A stretch of 64,000 bases of DNA from Azolla caroliniana. Taxonomy: Eukaryota; Plantae; Polypodiophyta. The position numbers were made by a program, and so were the translations under genes. The DNA lies in contig JBHGNT010000002.1 of NCBI GenBank assembly GCA_043228905.1, positions 9,982,001 to 10,046,000 on the forward strand. Reading direction: 5' to 3'. Within the stretch, counting starts at the first letter, position 1, and the number at the start of each line of letters is the position of its first letter. The notes beneath the pieces were generated by a model. It was given only the letters and a program-made list of their open reading frames with translations. It was not told where the DNA came from and did not search any database. Shown one piece after another: positions 13,217 through 24,907 of the stretch.

Positions 13217-16200
13217 TCACTTCGGCATGGGATGTCTCTCCAATCCGATCCTTTTCCGGCATGCTTCTAGCTTGTCGGGTGTGAGTACCTTGGTCAGCAT
13301 ATCCGACCCGTTCTCGTCCGTGTGGATCTTCGTCAGCATGAACTCCTTGTCTTCTATCCTTTCCCGGATCCAGTGGTATCTACGCTGGATGTGCTTCGTC
13401 CGGGAGTGATAGGCCGCATTCTTCGCAAGGTGGATGGCACTCTGACTGTCGTAGTAGAGTCGGTACTCCTCCTGCCGGATACTGAGCTCTCTAATGAAGT
13501 CCTTCATCCATATTATTTCCTTGCCGGCTTCAACAGCCGCCATGTACTCCGCCTCCGTGGTTGACAACGCAACCGTCTTCTGCAGCCTCGACTGCCACGA
13601 AACAGCTCCCCCTGCATACGTCATCACATACCCTGATGTGGACCGGCTGGTATCTGCATCAGCCGACATATCCGAATCGGTAAAGCCGTCGAGTTCGGGC
13701 TTTCCGGAGCCGAATCGGAGGCACACGTTTGCCGTGCCCTTCAGGTATCGAAGTATCCACTTGACCGCGTTCCAGTGCTCTTTGCCGGGATTGCTCATGT
13801 ACCGGCTCACCACTCCGACTGCGTATCCTATGTCCGGTCTTGTACACACCATTGCGTACATCAAGCTTCCGACGGCTGAGGCATACAGCACTTTCATCAT
13901 ATCCTCCTTTTCAGCCTTTGTCTTGGGACTTTGCTTGTTGGACAGCTTGCAGTTTGCCGGGAGGGTCGATCCGACCGGTCTTGCTTCCGACATGTTGAAC
14001 CGTTTAAGCACCTTTGTCACGTACTTCTCCTGTGACAGCCACAACTGCTTCTTGCTCCGGTCCCGGATGATGTGCATCCCTAGTATTTGTCTCGCCGGAC
14101 CCAAGTCCTTCATTGAGAAGGTTCGGTGAAGAGCCTTCTTCAGCATCCGTATCTTGACCTGGTCCCGTCTGACGATCAACATGTCGTCCACGTACAGGAG
14201 GAGTATTAGAAAGTCTCCTCCTTCGAACTTCTTCACAAACACGCAGTGGTCGGACTGCGTTTTGAGGTACCCTTCGTCGGTCATGAAGGAGTCGAACTTC
14301 CGGTACCATTGCCGGGGGGCCTGCTTCAGTCCGTAAAGGCTCTTCTTCAACCGGCATACCAGGTGCTCCTTCCCTTTCTTCTCGAATCCTTCCGGTTGCT
14401 GCATGTAGATCTCTTCTTCGAGGTCACCGTGAAGGAATGCCGTCTTCACGTCCATCTGTTCTACCTCGAGGTCCATGCTTGCCGCTATGCTCAGCACCGT
14501 CCGGATGGAGGTCATCTTCACTACCGGGGCAAATATCTCGTCGAAGTCGACGCCCTTCTTCTGCTGAAACCCCTTCACCACGATCCTGGCTTTGTATCTC
14601 GGGGGGTTTCCGGCATCTCCCGGTTTCAGCTTGAACACCCACTTGTTTCGTAGTGCCCGCTTTCCTTTCGGCAACTCCACAAGTTCATATGTGTGGTTCT
14701 CATGCAGGGAATCCATCTCGTCCTGCATGGCACTCAACCACCTGCGGCTCTGGGTGTCATGCTTTGCTTCTTCAAAGCTCTCCGGCTCCCCCTCGTCGGT
14801 TAGCAGCACGTGCTCTGGTTCCGGAAATCTCCGTTCCGGAGCTTCGGTAACCGGTTCTTCCGATTCTTCTTCATCCGAATCCATTTCGGGTTCGGGGCCG
14901 GTTCCGGTATCATTTTCATCTTCTTCGGCCGGTTCTGTTTCTTCACCGTCTTCGGCCGGATCCTCGAGTGCTAACCGGTCCCTTGCCGGTCGGGACTGCT
15001 CCTCGTAGAGTTGATCCTCACCGGTCGACTTGGAGCTCTTCATCTTCTTCTCCGACTCCCAGTCGGCGAGTGTCTTGTCCTCCATGAAGACGATATCTCG
15101 ACTCCTGAATATCTTCTTGTCGACCGGGTCCCATACTCGGTAGCCGAACTCGTCGTCGCCGTATCCGAGGAATATGCATGGCCGGGTCTTTGGATCTAAC
15201 TTTCCTCTCCGGTCCTTTGCCACATGCACGTATGCGAGACACCTGAACACCTTCAGATGCCGGTAGGACACTTCCTTACCGGTCCACACTTTCTGCGGCG
15301 TGTCTCCGTCCAAAGGTACTGAGGGTGATCTATTTATCACATACGTCGCCGTCGACATTGCCTCAGCCCAAAATCCCTTGGGTAATTTCGCATGTGCTAG
15401 CATACTCCGGACCCTCTCCATTATGGTCCGGTTCATCCTCTCGGCCAGCCCGTTCAGTTCCGGCGTCTTCGGCACAGTAAACTCGAGCCGGATTCCCTTC
15501 AAGCGACAGTACTCCGCGAACTGCCCCCGGTATTCCCCTCCGTTATCCGCTCGTATCGCTTTCAGCTTCTTGCCGGATTCTCTTTCCACTCTCGCGTGGA
15601 GTTCTTTGAAGACGGACAATACTTGGTCCTTTGTCTTCAACGGTGCCGTCCACAGCTTCCGGCTGTGGTCATCAATGAATGTCACGAAGTACTGGGCTCC
15701 GCCATGTGACTTCGTTTCTACTTGACACACGTCAGTGTGCACCAACTCCAATGGTGCACTACGTCTCGTCGGTGGCCTTGAGTGGAAGGAGGTCCGGTTT
15801 TGCTTACCGGCCAGACAGTCGGTGCACTTCTCCAGGTGCACATGCTTCACTGGAATAAGGTTGTCTTCTGCAAGCCTCTTCATCCCCTTCTCACTCATGT
15901 GGCACAGTCTCTTGTGCCACAGCTCACCGGCAGCGTCGGCTGCCACATTCAACTCCTCCGGACACAACCAGGCATTCATAAGGTACAGTGTGTTGACTTT
16001 TCGGGCTCGAGCCACTATCAGGCTCCCCTTGCTGAACTTCATTACGCCGTTCCGGATGCTACCCGTATAGCCTTCATCGTCTAGCCTCCCGGCCGAAATC
16101 AGGTTCAATCGAACCTCCGGAACGTGTCGGACATCCTTCAGCAGCATCTTGCATCCGGTTGATGTCATCAGCCACACGTCTCCTATGCCGGCAATCCGGC

Positions 16201-17257
16201 ATGTACCTTCATTTCCCATCCGGACACAGCCGTGCTCACCGACTGTGTAGGATGAGAAGTATTTCTTCTCCGGGGTCAGGTGGAACGACGCTCCGGAATC
16301 GACCACCCAGGTCATCTCTTCACCGGCAAGGTTCAGCTCCCTCTCTTCGGTAATGAGCATTATCTCTTCTTCACTTGCCGCGAGTGCCGTCGTTCCTTTC
16401 CGGTCCTGCCCTCGCCGATCCGGACCTCTCCGGTCCGTGGCTCCCCGGTATGCACCGTTTCTCTCCGGTGACTTCTTCGAATCGGTGTCGTCGGCTCCGT
16501 TGTCCTTTCGGTAATGCCGACAATTCTTCCGGAAGTGCCCCGGCTTCCCACAGTGGAAGCATGTGGGCCTTCCTCTTGACTGCGACCGGGTCCCCGACTT
16601 CTCCCGTCTTTGCGGACTCCGGTTCCATTGTCTTCCCCGATCCGATTCGGTAAGCAGCAACTTCGGATCGGAAACCGGTTCTTTATCTCTCCGACGCGCT
16701 TCTTCGTTCAAAATACTTGTCTTTACCGTTTGTAGGGACAAGTTATCTTCCGTGCAGGAGGTGCTAAGAGTCACCACCAAGTTCTCCCAGCTTTCCGGCA
16801 ATGTACACATCAGGATGATGGCTTGCATTGCATCCTCCAACGGGAACTTGATCGCCGCAAGCTGGTTCACGAATCCCATGAACGTGCTTACGTGTTCCAC
16901 CATACTCTCGCCATCCCGGTACTTGAGGTTCACTATCTTCCTCATCAGGGAGGTCCGGTTCAACGCATTCTTCCTCTCGTAGAGGCCCGACAGCTTCCGC
17001 CACATCTCATATGCGTTGGTGTCGTTCGCCACATGTTGTAGAATGCTCACGTCGACGTATTGCCGAATGGTTGCAACGGCTTTCCGGTTCAGAAGCCTCC
17101 ATTCCGACTCAAGTACCCCCTTCGGTATTTCCGACCTGTCAATCGGTTCGTACAGGTCCCGAACAATCAGAAGATCCTCCATCTTGATCTTCCAGTCAGC
17201 GTAATTCTGCGCATTCAGCACCATCATCCCCGGCTGCCCGCTGCCGCCGCCTTCCAT
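13217..17257 (-). CDS. Copia C Gag-Pol polyprotein (about 1346 aa; Gag, PR, INT, RT, RNase H)
   Basis: Uninterrupted ORF from MEGGGSG with CFHCGKPGHFRKNC, WVVDSGASFH, HHCC/DDE integrase, LYVDDML and RNase H STTEAEY. The frame is also open 130 codons further upstream. Confidence 0.93.
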   Translation of the reverse strand: MEGGGSGQPGMMVLNAQNYADWKIKMEDLLIVRDLYEPIDRSEIPKGVLESEWRLLNRKAVATIRQYVDVSILQHVANDTNAYEMWRKLSGLYERKNALNRTSLMRKIVNLKYRDGESMVEHVSTFMGFVNQLAAIKFPLEDAMQAIILMCTLPESWENLVVTLSTSCTEDNLSLQTVKTSILNEEARRRDKEPVSDPKLLLTESDRGRQWNRSPQRREKSGTRSQSRGRPTCFHCGKPGHFRKNCRHYRKDNGADDTDSKKSPERNGAYRGATDRRGPDRRGQDRKGTTALAASEEEIMLITEERELNLAGEEMTWVVDSGASFHLTPEKKYFSSYTVGEHGCVRMGNEGTCRIAGIGDVWLMTSTGCKMLLKDVRHVPEVRLNLISAGRLDDEGYTGSIRNGVMKFSKGSLIVARARKVNTLYLMNAWLCPEELNVAADAAGELWHKRLCHMSEKGMKRLAEDNLIPVKHVHLEKCTDCLAGKQNRTSFHSRPPTRRSAPLELVHTDVCQVETKSHGGAQYFVTFIDDHSRKLWTAPLKTKDQVLSVFKELHARVERESGKKLKAIRADNGGEYRGQFAEYCRLKGIRLEFTVPKTPELNGLAERMNRTIMERVRSMLAHAKLPKGFWAEAMSTATYVINRSPSVPLDGDTPQKVWTGKEVSYRHLKVFRCLAYVHVAKDRRGKLDPKTRPCIFLGYGDDEFGYRVWDPVDKKIFRSRDIVFMEDKTLADWESEKKMKSSKSTGEDQLYEEQSRPARDRLALEDPAEDGEETEPAEEDENDTGTGPEPEMDSDEEESEEPVTEAPERRFPEPEHVLLTDEGEPESFEEAKHDTQSRRWLSAMQDEMDSLHENHTYELVELPKGKRALRNKWVFKLKPGDAGNPPRYKARIVVKGFQQKKGVDFDEIFAPVVKMTSIRTVLSIAASMDLEVEQMDVKTAFLHGDLEEEIYMQQPEGFEKKGKEHLVCRLKKSLYGLKQAPRQWYRKFDSFMTDEGYLKTQSDHCVFVKKFEGGDFLILLLYVDDMLIVRRDQVKIRMLKKALHRTFSMKDLGPARQILGMHIIRDRSKKQLWLSQEKYVTKVLKRFNMSEARPVGSTLPANCKLSNKQSPKTKAEKEDMMKVLYASAVGSLMYAMVCTRPDIGYAVGVVSRYMSNPGKEHWNAVKWILRYLKGTANVCLRFGSGKPELDGFTDSDMSADADTSRSTSGYVMTYAGGAVSWQSRLQKTVALSTTEAEYMAAVEAGKEIIWMKDFIRELSIRQEEYRLYYDSQSAIHLAKNAAYHSRTKHIQRRYHWIRERIEDKEFMLTKIHTDENGSDMLTKVLTPDKLEACRKRIGLERHPMPK

Positions 17258-17287
17258 TTTCTGCAGCAGCCCGCTCTGATACCAAAT

Positions 17288-18059
17288 TGATGGAAAATGA
17301 ATCGACACTTTCCAAACTTCACCTCTCGGCCACAACCAAGGAAACACACGAATCGTTGTTGCAGAAAAATGGGAAATGCGAAAAATAGAATGGACACACG
17401 ATTTAACGTGGAAAACCCTGTACGGGAAAAACCACGGGAGTACAAGACTCCGAACCAAAACTATGCACAGAGAAATATACAATGGCGAGCTGCAAGGCGA
17501 CGACCTTGAGGTCGCTGTCCTCGCCACAGGCGGCGGAAATACACAGAGGCGTCGACCTCTTCCTCTCTCACACTCTATCTCTCTCGCGGCTACTCTCTCT
17601 TCACTCCTCTTGAGTGGAAAAAACAGAGAAATGATAAGCAACAACATTTAAACTGTTTGCCCTAAGTCATATTTATACACATATGACTTTCAGGCTATTT
17701 ACAAATATAGCCTCAAGGGCTCTTGGCAAACATATTCACAAATATGTCCCCGCATCCGGATCTCTCTCCGGGTACATTCGTCATCCGGCTCCGTAATCGG
17801 GGTCTTCAGCATCCGGTTCCGTAACCGGGGTCTTCATCATCCGGCTCCGTAACCGGGGTCTTCATCATCCGGCTCCGTAGCCGGGGTATTCATCATCCGG
17901 CTCCGTAACCGGGGTCTTCATCATCCGGCTCCGTAACCGGGGTCTTCATCATCCGGCTCCGTAGCCGGGGTCTTCATCATCCGGCTCCGTAGCCGGGGTA
18001 TTCATCATCCGATTCCCGGATATCCGACCATCCCATCCGGAGGGACCGTAATCCCAACA
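17288..18059 (-). repeat. Copia C 5' LTR
   Basis: Adjacent to the PBS; TATAAATA on the minus strand at about 17670-17677. Confidence 0.97.
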
Positions 18060-18388
18060 CGAAGAACCTACCTATGGGCAGACTTAAAGTCTGTTGATAG
18101 AAGACAGGATTGATTGACTCCCTCCCATAGGAGTGAAGGGGGAGTTTGTTGGGAATATGTCCCTCCAGTGGGAGGAACTGACTGTTCGGAAGTAGCCGAC
18201 AACCGACAACTGACAGTCGAAGAGTCAACACAAAGAGTGGATTGTCTGAACAGATGATGATTATTATTATTATTATAGTAATCATAATAATCAATGATAC
18301 GTAGAAGTGGCTACAATTGTAAATTGATATATACAATGTATCTGTAGATATATATATCTAGGGCAAACAGATGTGAGTGAGGAGTGAG

Positions 18389-18422
<34 letters not shown>

Positions 18423-18680
18423 AAAGAGAGAGTGGCGCCATAGTTGTGCGCGTAATAGCAGACGCCAAGAACCCTATGTGTTTGATACACTCAAAATTGG
18501 AGTGTTGTAATCTTTGTCGTTGACATCCACCGTATAGTGAAGTTTTTCTTCTCCCGTGGTTTTCTCTCGGTTTCTGGGTTTCCACGTAAATCTCTGTGTA
18601 TTGTGTCGTTGTGTGGCTATGTTGTGTATTTTCAGTATCGTTTGATCTTGTGGTTTTACGAATCGATTCTCAACAGGTTG

Positions 18681-21600
18681 TTGGTATTGTGGAAAACTAG
18701 GCCATACACAGGTTGAATGCTATAAAAAGCAAAATAATGAAGAAAGAGGGAAGAGACGGCAAAATAACTATGCTTCAACCAGTGAAGACTGTGATAAAGA
18801 TGGTGCATTTGTGATGCAACATGAAACAACGGCAGTGGCTGAACGTTCACAAAGATGCAATGAAGATTATATGTGGTATGTAGATTCTGGGGTATCTAAT
18901 TATATGATAGGACATACAAATTGGTTTGAAAGTTTAAGGGAACCAGAGATTCCTAGATATGTACAGACAGGTGATAACACGACTCATACAATCGAGCATG
19001 TTGGAGATATCCCATTGTGGGAGGAAAGGGAAAACAAAGTATATGTTGAATGTAATGCATGTTCTAAACCTTGCAAAAAATCTGATTTCTATTGGACAAA
19101 TAGTAGAGCAAGCAATGCAAGTTAAGTTTAAGCAAAGTGGATGCTTTATAGAGAAACAGGGAAAGCTTATTGCAAAAGGAAAATGACAAGGAAGGATGTT
19201 TGTGTTAGATGTGGATATGCCTAAAAAGATTACAACCATGTTTGCAGAAGGAATGAGTGTAATCTTAGATGTGGAAATGTGGCATACAAGAATCGGTCAC
19301 ATAAATATGCAAACCTTGAAAAATATGTTGAGGAAAAATGCAGTGGCAAGATTGCCTAAGCTAAAAGACTATGAGATGAGCAAAATATGTGAAGTTGCCA
19401 ATATGGAAAGCAAAACAGGTTATCTTTCCCTCATGAAACACATGTAAGCAAAAATTTGTTGGATCTAGTACATACAGATGTATGGGGACCAACAAAAAAT
19501 GCATCAATTAGTGGATGTAAGTTTTATGTAACATTTATTGATGATTGCTCAAGGAAAACATGGGTTTACTTCATGAAAGAAAAAAGTGAAGTATTTGATT
19601 GCTTCCGTAAGTTTAAATGCATGGTAGAAAAGCAGGCTAGAAGTAGAATAAAATGTTTAAGATCTGAGGGAGGAGAATATTTCTCAAATGAATTTTCTGA
19701 TTTTCTATGTAATCAAGGAAGAAGGAGACAGTTAAAATGTAGATATACTCCACAACAAAATGGAGTTGCTGAGAGAAAAAACAGAACTCTAGTGAACATA
19801 GCAAGAGCCATGATGATTGAAAAAAATATGCGATTGTATTGCTAGGCAGAAGTTGTAAACACAACAAACTTTATTCTAAATTGATGTATAACATCTTGAG
19901 TACATGAAGTAACTCCTGAAGAATGTTTCTATGGAAGGAAACCTAGTTTAGGACACTTAAAAGTGTTTGGATGCCTTGCCTATGTCCATGTACCTGCTAA
20001 AGTAAGAAGTAAGCTTGATCCAAAAGCTGAAAAACGTTTTCATGTTATAACCCATTAACAAAAAAGATTGTGGTAAGCCGTGATGTAATATTTGATGAGT
20101 TGGGCAACTGGTACAACCCAAAAGGAAATGTAGAAACTGATGAAGACTATGAAAATGAAGACAGAGAAAAATCTAAAAATGGAAGAGATTCCTATGGAAA
20201 TGGAAACAATGTTGGATAACAAAGTTCCACATCAATAGAATGTACTGGACCATCTGGAAGCTCGTGTAGTAAATCTGAATCTAATGCATGGAGTGGAAAA
20301 AAATGCAAGACACAAAAAATATGATGATAGAAAGGGAAAACTAAAGATGCCAGAATATGAAATGTTGGATGATGCATCTAGAAACATGGAAGATGTAGAT
20401 TCAGATACATCATTGGATGATGAGCTTGGTATAGGAGCCCTGAAAATCCTTGTTATGGAAAAGGCAATGAAAGATGCAAATCAGAAACTGAGAAGATTAG
20501 GTAGAGAGAAAAAGACTGTTGAAAGATTTGGTTATGATACATACGTGGCTGTGCATTATGCATACATGTCTAAAGTGGTACAACTCCCTGATCCAAATAA
20601 TTTTGATGAAGCAAAATCTGATAAGAAATGGGTAAATGCAATGCAAGAAGAAATAGATGCATTGGCTAAAAACAGAACATGGGATTTAGTGAAGTTACCA
20701 AAAGGAAAAAATGTGGTAGGTTGCAAATGGATCTACAAAACAAAGCATGATTCCAATGGGAATGTAAGTTGACATAAAGCAAGACTTGTGGCAAAGGGAT
20801 ATGCCCAGATGCAAGGAATTGATTATGACGAAACTTTTGCACTGGTTGCAAAGATGGCAACATTGAGGACACTACTTGTTGTGAGTGTAGCCAAAAGATG
20901 GGTGTTGCACCATATGGATGTAAAAAATGTTTTTTTACATGGTAACTTGGAAGAAGAAGTGTATATGTGTCAACCACCAGGTTTTGAAGATAAGAAGCAC
21001 CCAGAATATGTTTGTAAGCTGAAAAAGGCTCTCTATGGACTGAAATAAGCACTGAGAGCATGACATAAAGAACTTTTAGAATCTCTAAAATAAATTGCCC
21101 TCAAAATGTCAAAAGTTGATCCATCATTGTATGTAAAGAAGATGAATGATTGCATTGTTGTTATCTTGATATATGTAGATGATTTAATCATCAGAGGTGA
21201 TTCTATGGATGAAATAAGGAAGCTAAAGAAAAATCTTGAAATGCAATTTCATATGAAAGATTTGGGAGAGTTGAGATACTTTCTTGGGATTGAGATGATC
21301 AGATCTTAAAGTGGTATATACATGTTGCAAAAACAGTATGCAACAACTATGTTGAAGAAGTATGGTATGCTTGGATGCAAGCCTATTGATGTACCACTAG
21401 ATAAGAACTACAAATTGAGGCCTAATTTGGAACATGTAAACATGTACGGGTCTATGGTGGGTACCCTCATATATTTGACTATAACAAGACCTGATTTGAG
21501 TTATGTTGTTGGATTAGTCAGCCAGTTTATGCAACAACCAACAAAGCCACACTTGGACTACATTAGAAGAATCTTAAGGTATGTAAAAGCTACTCACAAC

Positions 21601-22160
21601 TATGGACTGTTTTACAGAGCTGATTTGGACATAAAGCTGGAAGGATATACAGATGTTGATTGGGTTGGACGCCAGACTGATAGAAGATCCACAAGTGGAT
21701 ATATGTTTACATTGGGAAGTGCAACTATTTCATGGAGTAGCAAGAAACAAGCTATTGTTGCATTGTCAAGTACTGAAGCTAAATATAGAGGAGCTGCAAT
21801 AGCCACCTGTGAAGAGGTATGCATCAGAAGATTGCTTTCTGATTTGGGAGAATATATAGATAGTGCAGTCACAATTTAGTGTCACAATATGAGCAGCATT
21901 CAGCTTGCACAAAACCCAATGTTCCATGCAAGAACAAAGCACATTGAAGTGCATTACCACTTTGTTTGAGAAAAAGTGATTCATGGAGGAGTGGATTTGT
22001 TGTATGTAAGTACAAATCAGCAAGTGTCTGATATTCTTACGAAGGAATTGAGGATGGAAAAACATGATACATAGTTCAAGGACATGATGGGAGTTATAAG
22101 CATTGGTATGATAGCTGAAAAGCATGAAGAAAAAAATATTGAAGATGATCCCAAGAAAGG
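18681..22160 (+). pseudogene. Copia A pol (PR, INT, RT, RNase H), degenerate
   Basis: WYVDSGVSNYM, LVHTDVWGP, YTPQQNGVAERKNR, IYVDDLII, SWSSKKQ. Confidence 0.92.
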
Positions 22161-22182
22161 ATAAGTTGAGCTTGAGGGGAAG

Positions 22183-22426
22183 TGTTAAGAAACAAGCTCA
22201 ACAAAGGTATGTGATCCATATTGGTAAGTGAGATCTTCTATAGTAGCTATTAGGAAATTAGCTACTAGTGGACATAAAGGTGAAACAACTTTTTAGCTAT
22301 CTACAGCTATTTAGCTATGCACAACTATTTAGCTACTCACAGCTAATTAGCTACCCACAACTAATTAGTTGCATATGTAAGTGATTTATAGCTTAGGTAA
22401 AAAGTGAGAGAAAGAATATAGCGTAG
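22183..22426 (+). repeat. Copia A 3' LTR, left part (right part 27853-28047)
   Basis: Matches the 5' LTR and follows the PPT; split at CGTAG. Confidence 0.9.
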
Positions 22427-22820
22427 TGTAGAAACGAATAGCGTGCGGAAGCAATAGAAAACCGAACATAGAAACGCAGGTTTAATGGAGAGCTTGACAA
22501 TACGTGGGAGAGACAGAGAAGGAGCAGAACAAGTTAAATCTATTTCAAAACTACAATAGTTCTTTGTACATTAAATGTGCTCAACAACACTATTTATACA
22601 AGTCCTAAGAGGACTGACAGAAGTACGATGTACTTCAATGCTCACTCGAGTGTTTGACACTAACTACGAGACTATTAACTACCTAGTAGTCTACGCTACT
22701 ACTAGGCTTCCGGTTATTGTTTGATCCAACTAACCGTATCCCTAGCTCACCGGCTCGCCGATCCGTCTCACTGATCCGGCTCCATCCTTCTAGATGCCGA
22801 TCCGGATCCGGTTGAGCTTG
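22427..22820 (-). mobile_element. Copia-type LTR (about 10 terminal bp lost), related to the solo LTR at 31660
   Basis: Its reverse complement shares CAAGCTCAAC, GAGCATTGAAGTAC, CTTGTATAAA and CAAGCTCTCCATTAAACCTG with 31660-32046. CGTAG at 22422-22426 and 27848-27852. Confidence 0.8.
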
Positions 22821-22876
22821 CCGCCCCCTCCGGCCCCGTAGACGGAAGTAGGCGGGGTTTCAGTTGAGCACCGAAA

Positions 22877-23303
22877 TCATGGTATGCCTTACCGGCTCTA
22901 ACTTCTGATCCCGGCCTGATGCAGGAGGATGAGGCTAGTGAGCTTGAACCGGTCCAGTTAGAAGACAAAGGGTTCGAGACTTTAGATATGAGTCCGGAAT
23001 CATTTCGGTTGAGCGGGCCGAACGAGCGGTTGAATCGGGATGACCAGTCGGATGAGGAACCGATGAGTAGTGGAGACTCTGCCGTGCTCTCCCTACGCAA
23101 GGAACCTAGGAGACGGTTCACGCACAAAGAGAAGGGGAAGAAGAAGATGACAGAATACGAAACCGGCAACGTTGAGTCGGATTGGAGCGAACCCAATTTT
23201 GGTAAGGAAAAAGGAGGATCTTCGGGAACGAAGTCCGAATCAGCCAAGAAGGGCCTCAAACCGGGTAATGATAAATTACGCGGGTCTTCCCGTAGAAGAA
23301 CCC
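22877..23303 (+). pseudogene. Fragment of Copia INT-RT linker (D family)
   Basis: SFRLSGPNE..SSGDSAVLSLRKEPRRRFTHKEKGKKKM matches 35630-35694 and 47244-47460. Confidence 0.8.
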
Positions 23304-24841
23304 CGTGCTCCATCCTCCACCGTAAGCGCCTCCTTTAGTCTCCGGACCGACTCCACGTGCTCCATCCTCCACTCAAAGCTACGCCCCTTTTTCAATAGTC
23401 CGTAGAGGGGTTCCGCGACATGTGCGTAGTGTGGGATCTAGATGTGGTAGAACGCGCATGCACCCAAGAATCTGTGGACCTCCGTAACCGACCCGCAATC
23501 GTTCCTCATCGCGGAGATGGCCTCTACCTTTGTCGGAGACGGTTTCCTACCATAAGGCCCGCACAGGTGTCCGACCACCAAGATCTCCGACTGCCCGAAC
23601 GCCGATTTTTCTCCAGAGAAGGTGAGTCGTGCGCTCTCGAGCTTCTGCAGCACCTTCTCGCAGTCGTTGATGTGGTTCATGACGAACCTCCGGCATCCGT
23701 CTAGCCTGACAGTCTCGTTCGCATCTTCCATCGGACACCCCTTTATCAGGATGTCGTCCAAGAATGGCATGGTGATGTCCAGGATGCAGTCCCTCAGCAC
23801 CTTGTTAATTGCGTTCACCATATGCGCCACCGAATTCGTCCCACCTTGTGGTAGGGTACACATCCATACTAGGCCGAGAGGAGTTCGCATCGTCGTGATA
23901 TCCCTACTCTCCACAGCTAGCTGGAACTGGTCATACCCTGAGTATAAGTCACCGACCGAATAGATCGACCTTCCAGCGAAGGCCTCCGCGAACTCGTCTA
24001 TGGTCGGTCTGATTCCTGCATTACGGATGGTCACCCTGTTGACTGGTTGCAGGTCCTGAATGAAGCGCAGCGTGCCGTTCTTCTTCGGCACCATAAACCA
24101 CCGATTCGAGTACGGGGCACTTGACGGTTCGAGGATGCCCATCTCCACCTTTTGCTTCAGAAGCTCCATCAACTTCGGGATGTGAGCTTTCGGCACCGGA
24201 ATCGGTTTGAGATTCCATGGTACATGCGGTACTGTGAAGATCACCATCGGTTCGACGATCGTTGGGTCCACGCACCCGATCTCCTATGGCGAGAACGCAA
24301 AGCCTTTCCCATGCCCTCCAAGCATTCTCCGAAACCTATCCTCCTCCGTCGGCAGTAGAAAGCCACCCCCACCGACCTTGAGCTCCCGTAGCGTTATGTC
24401 GGTGAACCGGTGCCCTATGCCAGCCGGATTCCGTAAACATAGGTCAAACGCAACCCCTCTTATCCGCTCCTCGTTGCCCTCCGACAAGGGTGCCGCGACT
24501 GGCCTCACCTTCCGGTCCAGAGTCTTGTACTTTGTATCCACGCGGGCCGTCCAATCCGACCCGATCCTTTCCCCGAAGTCCGCGATGACTTCGTACATTC
24601 CCATCAAACAAACCGGAATGGTCCAGTCTTCTCTAAGGTCTTCACCGATCACCTTTCGCAACTCGCCCAAGGTGTTGTCAAAAGAGACCACCTCCATGGC
24701 GCCGTTGATTTCTTCGTCGGGGGAGAGGACTCCGCATCCCCTGAGCCGCTCCTCTGCTTGCTTCCTCTCCCGGCCGTTGACGCTAGTTATAGTACAACCT
24801 CCGTTTTCGGAGAACCAAAACTTCCTACCTACTGTACATGT

Positions 24842-24907
24842 GTGGGGTTCTTCCGGTACGTCTGGACTACTGCGGCCCCACGCCTTGATAGCCCTCTCTA
24901 AAAATCC
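24842..24907 (-). promoter_or_regulatory. Putative -1 programmed ribosomal frameshift signal (PR to RT)
   Basis: G GAT TTT directly before the TAG of the PR ORF, a 6-nt spacer, then a predicted two-stem pseudoknot. The -1 frame is open into the RT frame. Confidence 0.7.

Larger units (their letters stand above)
12435..18059 (-). mobile_element. Copia element C, young and complete, TSD CGAAG
   Basis: CGAAG at 12430-12434 and 18060-18064. LTRs 12435-13206 and 17288-18059, 772 bp each, with one mismatch seen (13176/18029). PBS 17273-17284; PPT 13207-13220. Confidence 0.97.
7899..18675 (+). mobile_element. Copia element B (Tnt1/Tork-like), degenerate, TSD GGTTG
   Basis: GGTTG at 7894-7898 and 18676-18680; LTRs 7899-8393 and 18147-18675; PBS 8397-8408; PPT 18131-18144. 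Confidence 0.94.

Noticed and set aside
13227-17290. Many plus-strand ORFs over Copia C (likewise 23420-27358 over the Trp-Gypsy)
   Set aside because: These are antisense shadows of GC-rich coding sequence with no recognisable motifs.
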